DNA from: Trueperaceae bacterium
GTDB taxonomy: Bacteria > Deinococcota > Deinococci > Deinococcales > Trueperaceae
Assembly (NCBI GenBank): GCA_034520945.1
Contig: JAXHNB010000005.1
Coordinates: forward strand, 224,001 to 288,000
DNA length: 64,000 nt
Direction of reading: 5' to 3'
Below are positions 43,994 to 53,443 of this stretch, one piece after another (positions within the stretch are counted from its first letter, which is position 1; each line of letters starts with the position of its first letter). Made by a program: the position numbers and the translations under genes. Below the pieces are notes generated by a model. That model worked only from the letters and a program-made list of their open reading frames with translations, did not search any database and had not been told where the DNA came from.

Positions 43994-45829
43994 ATGGACG
44001 CCCACGCAGCGGCCGGGACGCCGCCTCGCACCGACGTCGAACCGGTCGCATCTTCCGGCCGGACGCTCTCCCGGCAGATCCAGCGGACGCGGTTGTGGTT
44101 CCCGGTCACCATCGCCGCGGTCGTCGGCGTGTTCGAGATCCTGCTGTTTCCGCAACTGGGGCCGGTGGTCCTCTGGGTGCGGCTGGCGTTCTACGGTTTG
44201 CTGGGGCCCGCACTGACCTTCCTCACGCTCAGCTGGATCGTCGGCGAGGTCGAGGCCCGCGAGGCGGCCCAGCGGCGCTTCTGGACCACCTACCACGAGC
44301 TTCAGGACAGCCACGAACTGTTGTCCTCCATCCAGCGCGTGACGGAGCGCTTCGCGGCGGCCACCGACCTGGAGACCGCCGTCCGCGCGGCCGCGAGCGG
44401 GATTCGCGAAGTGACCGGCTCGGAGGCCGCGGCGGTGCTGTTGGGGTCCGGCCCGCGCGAACTGGTGGCGCACGATGGGCTGCGCGAGGGGATGGAGGTG
44501 CTCCTCCAGGAGCGCGACGCCGCCCTACGGCGAGGGGAGTCGCAAGCGGACGCGTGCGACACGCCGTACGGGCCGCGGGTGGTGATCTCGATGCCGATCC
44601 GGACCGGGGGCGAGGTGGAGGGCAGCCTGCACGCGATGTTCACGGAGGTGCCGGGTGCGCGGGCGCGCGAGGCGTTCGGGATTCTGGCGGGCCAGTTCGC
44701 CTCCGTGGCGGAGGCCGCCCGCAGCCGCATGCGGGACCTGCTGACGCTGTTCGACGTCGACCGGTCGATCCGCGCGGAGGGGAACCTTCACCGCCTCCTG
44801 GAGGCGCTCCTGGAGCGGACCATGCAACGCCTGGGCGCCACGCGGGGGGCCGTGCTGCTCGACGACGGCGCCGGCGAGCTGCAGCCCCAGGTCGTACGCG
44901 GAGCGGCCTCCGCCCAGCCGCTCCGGCTGGCGGGTGGGCAGTTGGGACCCCTCGGCGGCGGGAGCGAGCCGGTGCTGTTGTCCCGCCTGGACGAGGCGGC
45001 GCGTCGTGAGGCCGGGCCGTTGCTCGACGAGGCGGGGTGCGCCGTGATTCTCCCGCTGTCCGCCGACGGCGAGCCGCTCGGCATGGTGCTCCTGGCCCAC
45101 GAGGACCCGGGCGCGCTCGAGGAGGCTCAATTGTCGTTCCTGTCGCTGATCGCCGGGCAGGTCAGCCTGGCGCTGCGGAACGCGCGCGCCTACCTTCACT
45201 CCGAGGAGGTCGCGATCGGCGAGGAGCGGTCCCGCATCGCGCGCGAGATCCACGACGGGGTGGCGCAGTCGTTGGCGTTCGCCGCGCTCAAGATCGATCT
45301 CGGCCGTCGCTTGCAGGGCCGGGATGCCGAGCGCGCCGCGCAGGAGTTCGCGGAGGCGGGCGACACGGTCCGCGAAGCGATCCGCGAGTTGCGCCGCAGC
45401 ATCTTCGCCTTGCGCCCGGTCGATCTGGAGCGGCACGGCTTCAAAGAGACGGTGCGGCGCTACCTCGGTGATTTCGGTCCACAGAACGACGTACGGGTCG
45501 AGACGGCGTTCGGCGAGCTGCCCGACCTGGAGGTGCGCAACGAAGCGGTGCTGTTCCGGATCTTTCAGGAGGCCATGCACAACGTCGCCAAGCACGCGGA
45601 CGCCTCCACGGTCACGGTGCGGCTCGGGACCGACCCGGAGGGGCGCGCCTTCGTGGAGGTCGAGGACGACGGGGCCGGCTTCGATCCCGAGGCGGTCAGC
45701 GACCGGGTGACCAGCGCGGGCGGTTTGGGGTTGCGTCAGATGCGCGAACGCGTCGAGGCGCGCCGGGGCAGGTTCACGTTGAAGAGCGCGCCGGGCCACG
45801 GGACGCGCGTGCGGGCCGCGCTGCGCTGA
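43994..45829 (+). CDS. GAF-domain sensor histidine kinase (HisKA_3 type)
   Basis: Two TM helices, GAF-like regions, ERSRIAREIHDGVAQ, QEAMHNVAKHA, DDGAGF, GLGL. Confidence 0.92.
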   Translation: MDAHAAAGTPPRTDVEPVASSGRTLSRQIQRTRLWFPVTIAAVVGVFEILLFPQLGPVVLWVRLAFYGLLGPALTFLTLSWIVGEVEAREAAQRRFWTTYHELQDSHELLSSIQRVTERFAAATDLETAVRAAASGIREVTGSEAAAVLLGSGPRELVAHDGLREGMEVLLQERDAALRRGESQADACDTPYGPRVVISMPIRTGGEVEGSLHAMFTEVPGARAREAFGILAGQFASVAEAARSRMRDLLTLFDVDRSIRAEGNLHRLLEALLERTMQRLGATRGAVLLDDGAGELQPQVVRGAASAQPLRLAGGQLGPLGGGSEPVLLSRLDEAARREAGPLLDEAGCAVILPLSADGEPLGMVLLAHEDPGALEEAQLSFLSLIAGQVSLALRNARAYLHSEEVAIGEERSRIAREIHDGVAQSLAFAALKIDLGRRLQGRDAERAAQEFAEAGDTVREAIRELRRSIFALRPVDLERHGFKETVRRYLGDFGPQNDVRVETAFGELPDLEVRNEAVLFRIFQEAMHNVAKHADASTVTVRLGTDPEGRAFVEVEDDGAGFDPEAVSDRVTSAGGLGLRQMRERVEARRGRFTLKSAPGHGTRVRAALR

Positions 45830-45858
45830 GGCGCGCCTTCGCCTCCGCCCCACGCGAA

Positions 45859-45881
45859 GGCCGGCCCCGAGGGGGCCGGCC
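45859..45881. terminator. Hairpin between the convergent kinase and rpmE genes
   Basis: GGCCGGCCCC-GAG-GGGGCCGGCC. Confidence 0.55.
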
Positions 45882-45902
45882 GAATCGTCGCGCCCGCGGG
45901 CG

Positions 45903-46115
45903 TCACTTGCGCCGGTAGCTGGTCCCGAACCGCTTCTGGAACTTCTCGACGCGGCCTTCGGTATCGATGAACCGCTGTTGGCCGGTATAGAACGGGTGGT
46001 TGCCGGACCAGACGTCCACGTGGATCTCGGGCTTGGTGCTGTAGGTTTCCAGCACCACTTCACCGTCGCACACGATCTTGCAGGGCACCACGTTGGGATG
46101 GATCTTCTTCTTCAT
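45903..46115 (-). CDS. rpmE: 50S ribosomal protein L31
   Basis: MKKKIHP...DVWSGNHPFYTG.QRFIDTEGRVEKFQKRF; GAGGAG SD. Confidence 0.95.
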   Translation of the reverse strand: MKKKIHPNVVPCKIVCDGEVVLETYSTKPEIHVDVWSGNHPFYTGQQRFIDTEGRVEKFQKRFGTSYRRK

Positions 46116-46207
46116 GACCGACTCCTCGAAAGCGGAATGCCGGCGACTCGGCGCCGGCCGATGCGAACTGCGCCGGAGCACTCTAGCAGACCTGCCGGAT
46201 CGGCGTG

Positions 46208-46636
46208 TCAGGCGGGGGTGGCCTCGCGGACTTGGCGCTTGACGCGCCCCAGCATGCCCTCCAAGCCCCGCAGGCGTAGCGGGCTGACCAACTCGGCCAG
46301 GTCGAGGTCGCGGTGGAAGTCGGCCGGGACGGCCAGGACCTCCTCGGCGGGCAGGCCGTCCAACCCGTGCGCCAGGATCGACGCGAAGCCGCGGGTGGTG
46401 GGGGCCTCCGGGGGGGCGTCGAAGTACAGCGAGACCTTCCCGTCCTGGGTCTCGGTGGCCAGGAACAGCGGCGTCTGACACTCCTCCACCTGTTCGAAGC
46501 GGTCTTTGGCGTCGGCCCACCCCTCGGGAAGCGCCGGCAGCGCGTCGGCGTACTCGAGCAACAGCTCCAGGCGCAGCGAGCGGGGGGCCCGCGCGAACTT
46601 GTCCACGATCTCCTGCAACGGGGCGGGAACGCTCAT
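46208..46636 (-). CDS. SufE family protein
   Basis: LELLLEYA, VEECQTPLF, EAPTTRGFA, SPLRLRG. Confidence 0.88.
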   Translation of the reverse strand: MSVPAPLQEIVDKFARAPRSLRLELLLEYADALPALPEGWADAKDRFEQVEECQTPLFLATETQDGKVSLYFDAPPEAPTTRGFASILAHGLDGLPAEEVLAVPADFHRDLDLAELVSPLRLRGLEGMLGRVKRQVREATPA

Positions 46637-46748
46637 GCCCTGATGGTACCGGGCTGGGGCCGGCGGAGAGGTGGTCCAGGCGCCAACCCGCCCACCCGCG
46701 GGCGCGACGCGGCGCCGGGCGGGCGCGCCCTCTGGTATTCTCCGCGGC

Positions 46749-48077
46749 ATGTCCGTGCCCGTCCCATGCGGGGATGCTGCCCTGCCCGACCCCCTGCCGT
46801 TGCGCGCCGGAGGGCCCGTGTCGGTGCGGATGGCCGTCCCCGGGTCGAAGTCGCTCACCAACCGTGCCCTGGCCATCGCCGCGCTGGCCGGGGGAACCTC
46901 CACCCTCCGAGGCGCGCTGGTGGCGGAGGACCGGGAGGTCATGGTGCAGGGTCTGCGCCAGCTCGGGATCGAGATCGAGGGCGACGGCGAAACGCTCCTG
47001 GTTCACGGCCAGGGCGGCCGCGTCCCCGCCGCCCGCGCCGAGCTGGACCTGCGCCTGTCGGGGACCGCCATCCGCTTCCTGGCCGCGATGTGCGCGGTGG
47101 GACACGGAACCTATCGCCTGGACGGCAACGCGCGCATGCGGGAACGGCCGATCGGCGACCTTCTGCAGGCGTTGCGTGCGCTGGGCGCGTCGGCCGAGAG
47201 CGAGGCAGGGAACGATTGCCCGCCCGTTCGGATCCGGAGCGAGGGGCTGGCCGGCGGCGAGGCGCGCATCGCCGGCCAGCGCTCGTCGCAGTACCTCTCG
47301 GCGCTGCTGATGGTGGCGCCGGCGGCGCGGGGTCCCCTCGCCATCGAAGTGGAGGGCGAGCTTCTCTCCAAACCGTTCGTCGACATGACGGTGGCGCTGA
47401 TGGAGTGGTTCGGGGTGTCGGTCACGCGCGACGGCTACCGCCGCTTCGACGTCGCCCCGGCCCGCTACGCGCCGCGCGATCTCCGCGTCGAGGGTGACGC
47501 CATGGCGGCGGGGTACTACTTCGCCGCCGCCGCCGTCACCGGCGGCCGTGCGTGCGTCACCAACGTGCAGCGCGGCGGGTTCCAGGGCGACCTGCGCCTG
47601 GTGGAGGTGCTCGAGGCCATGGGGTGCCGGGTGCACGACGACATCGAGGGCCTCACCGTGGAGGGCCCTCCCAGCGGCGTGCTCACCGGCGGGCGTTTCG
47701 ACCTGAACGACATGCCTGATCAGGCGCAGACGCTGGCGGTGTGCGGACTGTTCGCCGATCGTCCGGTCGAGATTCGCGACGTCTGGAACCTGCGCATCAA
47801 GGAGACCGACCGCCTGTCCGCGTTGGCGCGCGAACTCTCACGCCTGGGCGCCCACGTCAGTGAACATCACGACGCGATCACGGTGCACCCGCTGCCGGCG
47901 CCGGACGCGCGCCGGGAGGTGGTGATCGACACCTACAATGATCACCGCATGGCGATGGCGTTCGCCGTCGCCGGGCTGCGCATCCCGGGGCTGGCGCTCG
48001 CCGACCCCGGCTGCGTCGCCAAGACCTATCCCGGCTTCTTTCGCGACTGGGCCGCCACCGGGGGGGTCGCGGCGTGA
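46749..48077 (+). CDS. aroA: 3-phosphoshikimate 1-carboxyvinyltransferase
   Basis: PGSKSLTNR, SSQYLS, LRIKETDR, DHRMAM, KTYP. Confidence 0.95.
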   Translation: MSVPVPCGDAALPDPLPLRAGGPVSVRMAVPGSKSLTNRALAIAALAGGTSTLRGALVAEDREVMVQGLRQLGIEIEGDGETLLVHGQGGRVPAARAELDLRLSGTAIRFLAAMCAVGHGTYRLDGNARMRERPIGDLLQALRALGASAESEAGNDCPPVRIRSEGLAGGEARIAGQRSSQYLSALLMVAPAARGPLAIEVEGELLSKPFVDMTVALMEWFGVSVTRDGYRRFDVAPARYAPRDLRVEGDAMAAGYYFAAAAVTGGRACVTNVQRGGFQGDLRLVEVLEAMGCRVHDDIEGLTVEGPPSGVLTGGRFDLNDMPDQAQTLAVCGLFADRPVEIRDVWNLRIKETDRLSALARELSRLGAHVSEHHDAITVHPLPAPDARREVVIDTYNDHRMAMAFAVAGLRIPGLALADPGCVAKTYPGFFRDWAATGGVAA

Positions 48078-48733
48078 GGGGCGGAGGGCGCGAGGTCGTG
48101 ACCCTGGACGGGCCTGCGGCCAGCGGCAAGTCGACCGTCGCCCGGCGCGTCGCCGAGGCGTTGGAGGTGCCGTTCGTGTCCAGCGGCCTGCTGTACCGCG
48201 CCGCGACCGAACTGGCGCTGCGCGCGGGCGTGGACCCCGGCGCCGAGTCCGAGCTGGCCTCGTTGCTGCACGGGCACGAGGTCCGCCTCGAGCCCGGCCG
48301 CGAGGCGGACCGCGTGTACGTGCAGGACGAGGACGTCACGCACCGCCTTCACGCGGATGCCGTCGACGCCGCCGTCTCCGAAGTCGCGGCCCATCCGCGG
48401 GTGCGCGCCTGGGTCAACGCCCGGCTGCGCGAGATCGAGGGGCCGTTCGTGATCGACGGGCGTGACATGGGGCGCGACGTGTTCCCCGACGCCTACGCCA
48501 AGTTCTTCCTGACCGCGCGTCCCGAGATCCGCGCCGCCCGTCGCGTCGGCGAGCGCGCGGCCGACCTGGACACGGTGACCGAGATGATGCGGCGTCGCGA
48601 CGCCGGCGACGTCCGGCAGTCCGGGCCCGCGCCCGACGCCGTCCGCATCGATACCAGCGACCTGAACCTGGACGAGGTCGTGGACACCGTGCTCGCGTAC
48701 GTGGCCGAACGCCGGGCCGACGCGGCGACGTGA
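48074..48733 (+). CDS. cmk: Cytidylate kinase
   Basis: DGPAASGKST, SGLLYRA, DGRDMG..VFPDA. Confidence 0.93.
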   Translation: MRGGGREVVTLDGPAASGKSTVARRVAEALEVPFVSSGLLYRAATELALRAGVDPGAESELASLLHGHEVRLEPGREADRVYVQDEDVTHRLHADAVDAAVSEVAAHPRVRAWVNARLREIEGPFVIDGRDMGRDVFPDAYAKFFLTARPEIRAARRVGERAADLDTVTEMMRRRDAGDVRQSGPAPDAVRIDTSDLNLDEVVDTVLAYVAERRADAAT

Positions 48734-49629
48734 GCGCCCCGTTCCCCGTGCCGGCGGCCTCGTTGCGCCGCGTGGGGGTGACCGCCAGCCCGCACAAGCC
48801 GGACGCCGCCCCGCTGGCGTCGGCGTTCGCGGCGCGCCTACGGCGCCTGGGCATCGAGGTGTGGACCGAGCTGGCGGGGGACGGGTCGCTCTCCGAGCTC
48901 GGTGTGGGCGCCGACGTGGTGGTGTCGGTCGGCGGGGACGGCACGCTGTTGGACGTGGCCCGCCGGCTGGTCGGCACCGACGTGCCGGTCCTGGGCGTCA
49001 ACCTCGGAAAGCTCGGCTTCTTGGCCGGGTTCTCGCCGGAGGAGTTCTGGGACTACCTGGACGGCGCCTCGCCCGCCGCGTGGCGGGTCGACCGGGAGAT
49101 GATGCTGCGGATCACCGTCGACGGCGGGCCGGCCCGGGTCGCGCTGAACGACGTCGCCGTCTCGCAGGGGGTCATGACGCGGCTGGTGGAGCTCGACATG
49201 TGGATCGAGGGCGAGCACGCCATCGCCTACCGGGCCGACGGCCTGGTCGTCAGCACGCCGGTCGGATCGACGGCGTACTCGTTGTCGCTCGGGGGACCGA
49301 TCCTGGGGCGGGGGCTCCGGGCCTTCGTGATCACCCCCATCGCACCGCACTCGCTCACCAACCGACCGATCGTGGTGGACGGGCGCGAGGCGGTGTCGTT
49401 CGAGGTGCGCGGCCCGGTCGAAGAGCTCGCACTGGTCGTCGACGGGCAGGAGCGCGTCGACCTGTCGGCCGGCGATCGCGTCGAGATCGCGGCCTCGGAG
49501 GGCGACGTGCGCCTGGTCAGCAGCGGCCGGCTCGGCCCCTACGCGGTGCTGCGCGAGAAGTTGGGGTGGGGCCTGGCCCCCGTCCCGTTGCGGCGCGCCG
49601 CGCAAGACGAGGACGACACCCGCGACTGA
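48730..49629 (+). CDS. nadK: NAD kinase
   Basis: GGDGTLL, GKLGFL, LND, STPVGSTAYSLSLGGP. Confidence 0.93.
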   Translation: MSAPFPVPAASLRRVGVTASPHKPDAAPLASAFAARLRRLGIEVWTELAGDGSLSELGVGADVVVSVGGDGTLLDVARRLVGTDVPVLGVNLGKLGFLAGFSPEEFWDYLDGASPAAWRVDREMMLRITVDGGPARVALNDVAVSQGVMTRLVELDMWIEGEHAIAYRADGLVVSTPVGSTAYSLSLGGPILGRGLRAFVITPIAPHSLTNRPIVVDGREAVSFEVRGPVEELALVVDGQERVDLSAGDRVEIAASEGDVRLVSSGRLGPYAVLREKLGWGLAPVPLRRAAQDEDDTRD

Positions 49630-49684
49630 CATTGCCTGGGACCACGCGCCGGCCTGGCTCCCCACGGCCGCTATACTGCCCCTC

Positions 49685-50905
49685 GTGCGAACCGCGTCCG
49701 GCACGGTCCTCCTGATCTCGAACGGCCACGGCGAGCACGTGGTGGGGGCGCGGATCGCGGCCGCACTGCGGGCGCGGGCGCCCGCGCTGCGGATCCTGGC
49801 TCTGCCCACCGTCGGGCCGGGCGAGGCGTACGCGGACGGCCCGGCCGTGCGGATCGGCCCGTCCCGTGCGCTGCCGAGCGGCGGGCTGACGGTCCGCGAT
49901 CCCGCCCACCTGTGGGCGGACCTTCGCAGCGGGTTCCTGGACCTCACCTGGCGCCAGGCGCGCACCCTGCGCGCCCAGCGGGTCGACGCGGTGGTGAGCG
50001 TCGGCGACGTGTGGGCCGAAACGCTGGGGTCGCTTCCGGGGGCGCCCGCCCGCATGGCGGTGCAGACGCTGGTCTCCGTCCGCATGATGGGCGGACCCGC
50101 GCCGCTCGGCCTGCGGGCGTTTCGGGAGCGGTTCACGGCGCCCGAGCGCCAACTGTTGCGTCGCGCCTACCGCGTCGCGTACGTGCGCGACGCCGAGAGC
50201 GCGCGCTGGCTGCGGGCGCGCGGCGTACCGGCGCGGTTCGCGGGGAACCCGATGATGGACGGCCTGGACGCCGCACCGTTCGCGCTGGACGGCGAGGGGC
50301 CGCGCCTGGTGCTGCTGCCGGGCAGTCGCGGCTATGCGCCGGCGGCCGTGCGGACGATGTTCGACGTGCTGGCCCGGCTCCCCGCGGTCACGGCGGTCCT
50401 TCCCTGGCCCGAGGGGGCGCCCGCGTTGCCCGACCCGGCCGATTGGCGGCCCCTGCCCGGACCCGAAGGCACGCGGGCGTGGCGACGCGGGCGGCGGTAC
50501 GTGCAGGCCACGGCGCGCGGCCTGGCCCCGGCGCTGGCCTGGGCCGACATCGCGCTCGGCACCACGGGAACGGCCCAGGAGCAGGCCGCCGGGCGCGGCG
50601 TCCCCGTGGTCACGTTCCCCGTACCGGGCGCGATTCCGCTGGGGTTCCTGCGCACGCAGCGCCGCGTGCTGGGCGACGCGCTCGAGATCGTGACGGACGG
50701 ACCGGACGCGGCGGCACGCGCGGTGCGGCGCCTGGCCGTGGATCCCGCCGAGCGGGCGCGACGCGGCGCGATCGGCCGGGCCCGCATGGGGCCGCCGGGC
50801 GGGGCCGCCGCCATCGCGGACGATCTGCTGCGCCGCACCTACGCCGCCGACGACGCCATGGGGCCGCCCGGGCAGGTAGCCTACGCCCCCGGGGAGGAAC
50901 CGTGA
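49685..50905 (+). CDS. Lipid-A-disaccharide synthase-related (GT-B) protein
   Basis: ISNGHGE, LPSGG, GNPMMD, LLPGSR, GTAQEQAAG.G.PV, RMGPPG. Confidence 0.8.
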   Translation: MRTASGTVLLISNGHGEHVVGARIAAALRARAPALRILALPTVGPGEAYADGPAVRIGPSRALPSGGLTVRDPAHLWADLRSGFLDLTWRQARTLRAQRVDAVVSVGDVWAETLGSLPGAPARMAVQTLVSVRMMGGPAPLGLRAFRERFTAPERQLLRRAYRVAYVRDAESARWLRARGVPARFAGNPMMDGLDAAPFALDGEGPRLVLLPGSRGYAPAAVRTMFDVLARLPAVTAVLPWPEGAPALPDPADWRPLPGPEGTRAWRRGRRYVQATARGLAPALAWADIALGTTGTAQEQAAGRGVPVVTFPVPGAIPLGFLRTQRRVLGDALEIVTDGPDAAARAVRRLAVDPAERARRGAIGRARMGPPGGAAAIADDLLRRTYAADDAMGPPGQVAYAPGEEP

Positions 50906-52071
50906 ACGACCCGCAGGAGCACGCCACGCAGGGGATGGGCCCCGCGCAGCCGGGAGAGCGCGCCGTGCTGGAGATCGCGGGCCTCACCAAGAGCTACCAG
51001 GACCCCGCCCACCCGGCCTTGGACCGGTTCTCCCTGCGCGTGGAGCGGGGCGAGACGGTGGCGCTCCTGGGTCCCTCAGGGTGTGGCAAGACGACCCTGT
51101 TGCGCCTCATCGCCGGGTTCGAGGCGCCCGACGAGGGCCGGGTCCGTGTGGCGGGACGCGACGTGACCGGCCCCGACGTGTTCGTGCCGCCCGAAGCGCG
51201 ACGCATCGGCTTCGTGTTCCAGGACTACGCGCTGTTTCCGCACCTCGACGTGCTGGGAAACGTCGCCTTCGGGCTGACGGGCCGATCGGCGGCCGAGCGG
51301 CGCGCCCGTGCGCGCGAGGTGCTGGATCTGGTCGGCCTCACGGTGTTCAGCGGCCGCTACCCCGGTCAACTGTCGGGCGGCCAGCAGCAGCGCGTGGCGT
51401 TGGCGCGCGCCCTGGCGCCCGAACCGGAGGTGATCCTGCTGGACGAGCCGTTCAGCAACCTCGATGCCGCGCTGCGGGCGGGCACCCGCGAAGAGGTGCG
51501 GCGCATCCTACGTCGGAGCGGCGCCACCACCATCCTCGTCACGCACGACCAGGAAGAGGCGATGACCTTCTCCGACCGCTTGGCGGTGATGCGGGCAGGT
51601 CGCCTGGAGCAGGAGGGGACGCCCGAGGAGACGTACCTTGCGCCGCGCACCGCGTTCGTGGCGGGCTTCCTGGGCCGCACCAACCTGCTTCGCGGCGAGG
51701 CGCACGGCATCACCGCGGGCACGTGCCTGGGCGAGATCCCCCTCGCCCATGAGGCGAAGGGGCCGGTCCTGGTGTCGTTGCGGCCGGAGGAACTCGATCT
51801 GCGGCCGCGTGGGGACGGCTCGGTCCCCGACACGCCCTCGGAGGGACCGCCGCCGCGGCACGGGTGGGGCATTCCGGTCGTCGTGCGGGCGCGGACGTTT
51901 CAGGGGCACGACCTGCTGTTCCGCTGCGCGCCCGACGAATCGCACCCCGTGGACGACGGCGACGAGGCCTTCCTGGTACGGAGCGGCCCCGGCTCGCCGC
52001 TGCGCGTCGGCGACCGGGCGTACCTGCAGGTCCGTGGCCGGGCCGTTCCGCTGGAGAGCAGCCGATCGTGA
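50902..52071 (+). CDS. ABC transporter ATPase (FbpC/PotA-like)
   Basis: GPSGCGKT, VFQDYALFPHL, LSGGQQQR, DEPFSNLD. Confidence 0.88.
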   Translation: MNDPQEHATQGMGPAQPGERAVLEIAGLTKSYQDPAHPALDRFSLRVERGETVALLGPSGCGKTTLLRLIAGFEAPDEGRVRVAGRDVTGPDVFVPPEARRIGFVFQDYALFPHLDVLGNVAFGLTGRSAAERRARAREVLDLVGLTVFSGRYPGQLSGGQQQRVALARALAPEPEVILLDEPFSNLDAALRAGTREEVRRILRRSGATTILVTHDQEEAMTFSDRLAVMRAGRLEQEGTPEETYLAPRTAFVAGFLGRTNLLRGEAHGITAGTCLGEIPLAHEAKGPVLVSLRPEELDLRPRGDGSVPDTPSEGPPPRHGWGIPVVVRARTFQGHDLLFRCAPDESHPVDDGDEAFLVRSGPGSPLRVGDRAYLQVRGRAVPLESSRS

Positions 52072-52074
52072 GCG

Positions 52075-53163
52075 TCACCCGGCCGGCGCCGCCCCGTGCC
52101 CTTCCGTCAACAACTCGGCCAGCCGCGAGCGGCAGCGAGCGAACTTCGCCGCGTAGGCGCCGTGCGCGTAGCTGGCGTCGAACAGCCGGTCCAGCGAGAC
52201 GGGGCCCGAGGTGCGCAGCGCGACGCGGAGGTCGTAGAGCACGTCGATGAAGTGCACCAAGCGCAGCGCCGCCCCCTGGTCCGGCGGCCGCGGCAGGTCG
52301 GTGAGCACGAGCGTGCCGATCTGGCGCAGCAGGCCCCGGTAGCGCAGCGGGTGCAGCCGCGCCAGCGTGCCCAGCAACGTCGCGCCGTCGGCGCGCACCA
52401 CCGGCTTCAGGGGCGCGGCGGCCCCCCCGTCCGGCGGGCGTCGGCCGGCGTGCCCGTTGCGCCGCGCGTCCGGCCCGTCGATGCGCACCACCTCGAACGC
52501 CGCGGCGATGCCGTGGATCTGGCGCCGGAAGTCGTTTGCGGCGAAGCGCCCCTGGCCCTGCGCATCCGGCGGCGTGTTCGACGTGGTCACCACGTGCGTG
52601 CCCGCCGCCAGGACGTCGCCCAGGAACGACGCGATGATCAGGGTGTTGCCCGGATCGTCCAGCTCGAACTCGTCGATGCACAACACGCGCGTGCCGGCGC
52701 ACCAGGCGAGGCCGCCGGCACGCCCACGCACCCCCACCAGGTGCACCAACTCCTGAAAGGTCAGGTAGCGCTTGGCCTCGGGCCCGACCGGCGCCGCGCG
52801 CCAGGCCGCGGCCAGGAGATGGGTCTTGCCGACGCCGAACCCCCCGTCCAGGTACAGGCCGCGACCGGTCCGTGCCGGACGGCCCCACGGTGGCCGCCAC
52901 CAGGGGCGCCGCGGCGGCGCGCCGGCGGCGCGCACGAACGTCGACACGCGCTCACGGGCGGCCTCCTGACCGGGGGTGCGGGGCCGGTACGAGGCCAAGG
53001 TGGCCGCGGCGAAGCGCGGCGGCGGCACCCACCCCTCCGGCACCGAGGACGCCGGCGGAGGGGGCGCGAGGTCCCGCAGGTCCAGCACCCGCGTCCCGGC
53101 GCCCAGGCGACCCGTCGCGGCGCCGGCGGGCGGCGTGGCGGGGGTTCGTGGCGGCCTCGGCAC
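52075..53163 (-). CDS. zapE: AFG1/ZapE family ATPase
   Basis: GLYLDGGFGVGKTHLL, CIDEFELDDPG, TTSNT, FIDVLYD. Confidence 0.88.
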   Translation of the reverse strand: MPRPPRTPATPPAGAATGRLGAGTRVLDLRDLAPPPPASSVPEGWVPPPRFAAATLASYRPRTPGQEAARERVSTFVRAAGAPPRRPWWRPPWGRPARTGRGLYLDGGFGVGKTHLLAAAWRAAPVGPEAKRYLTFQELVHLVGVRGRAGGLAWCAGTRVLCIDEFELDDPGNTLIIASFLGDVLAAGTHVVTTSNTPPDAQGQGRFAANDFRRQIHGIAAAFEVVRIDGPDARRNGHAGRRPPDGGAAAPLKPVVRADGATLLGTLARLHPLRYRGLLRQIGTLVLTDLPRPPDQGAALRLVHFIDVLYDLRVALRTSGPVSLDRLFDASYAHGAYAAKFARCRSRLAELLTEGHGAAPAG

Positions 53164-53186
53164 GGCGGGAGGCTATCACGGGGCCG

Positions 53187-53215
53187 TTGACGGCGCCCGC
53201 CGCGCGGCGTACCAT
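53187..53215 (+). promoter_or_regulatory. sigma70 promoter of the riboswitch-btu operon
   Basis: TTGACG-17bp-TACCAT. Confidence 0.7.
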
Positions 53216-53221
53216 TCCAGC

Positions 53222-53330
53222 ACCCCCGTGGACCGGGGAAGTCCGGTGAGAGTCCGGCGCTGTCCCGCAACGGTATGCGCATTGCACGAACCCGCATGTG
53301 CGAGCCCGAATACCGGTCCAGAGGAGATGT
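53222..53330 (+). ncRNA. Cobalamin riboswitch
   Basis: GGGAA-GTCCGGTGAGAGTCCGGCGCTGTCCCGCAACGGT core and GAGCCCGAATACC B12-box; closing stem TGGACCGG/CCGGTCCA; upstream of a B12 transporter. Confidence 0.9.
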
Positions 53331-53443
53331 CGGCACCCCTTGCGAGGACGAGGACGGGCCGCCCCGGCGACCGAGAACCGCGCTCGCCCCGGCATCCCAC
53401 CCGTGTTCATCGTCGTTCGCAAGAGCCCGAGGAGGCTTTTGTG

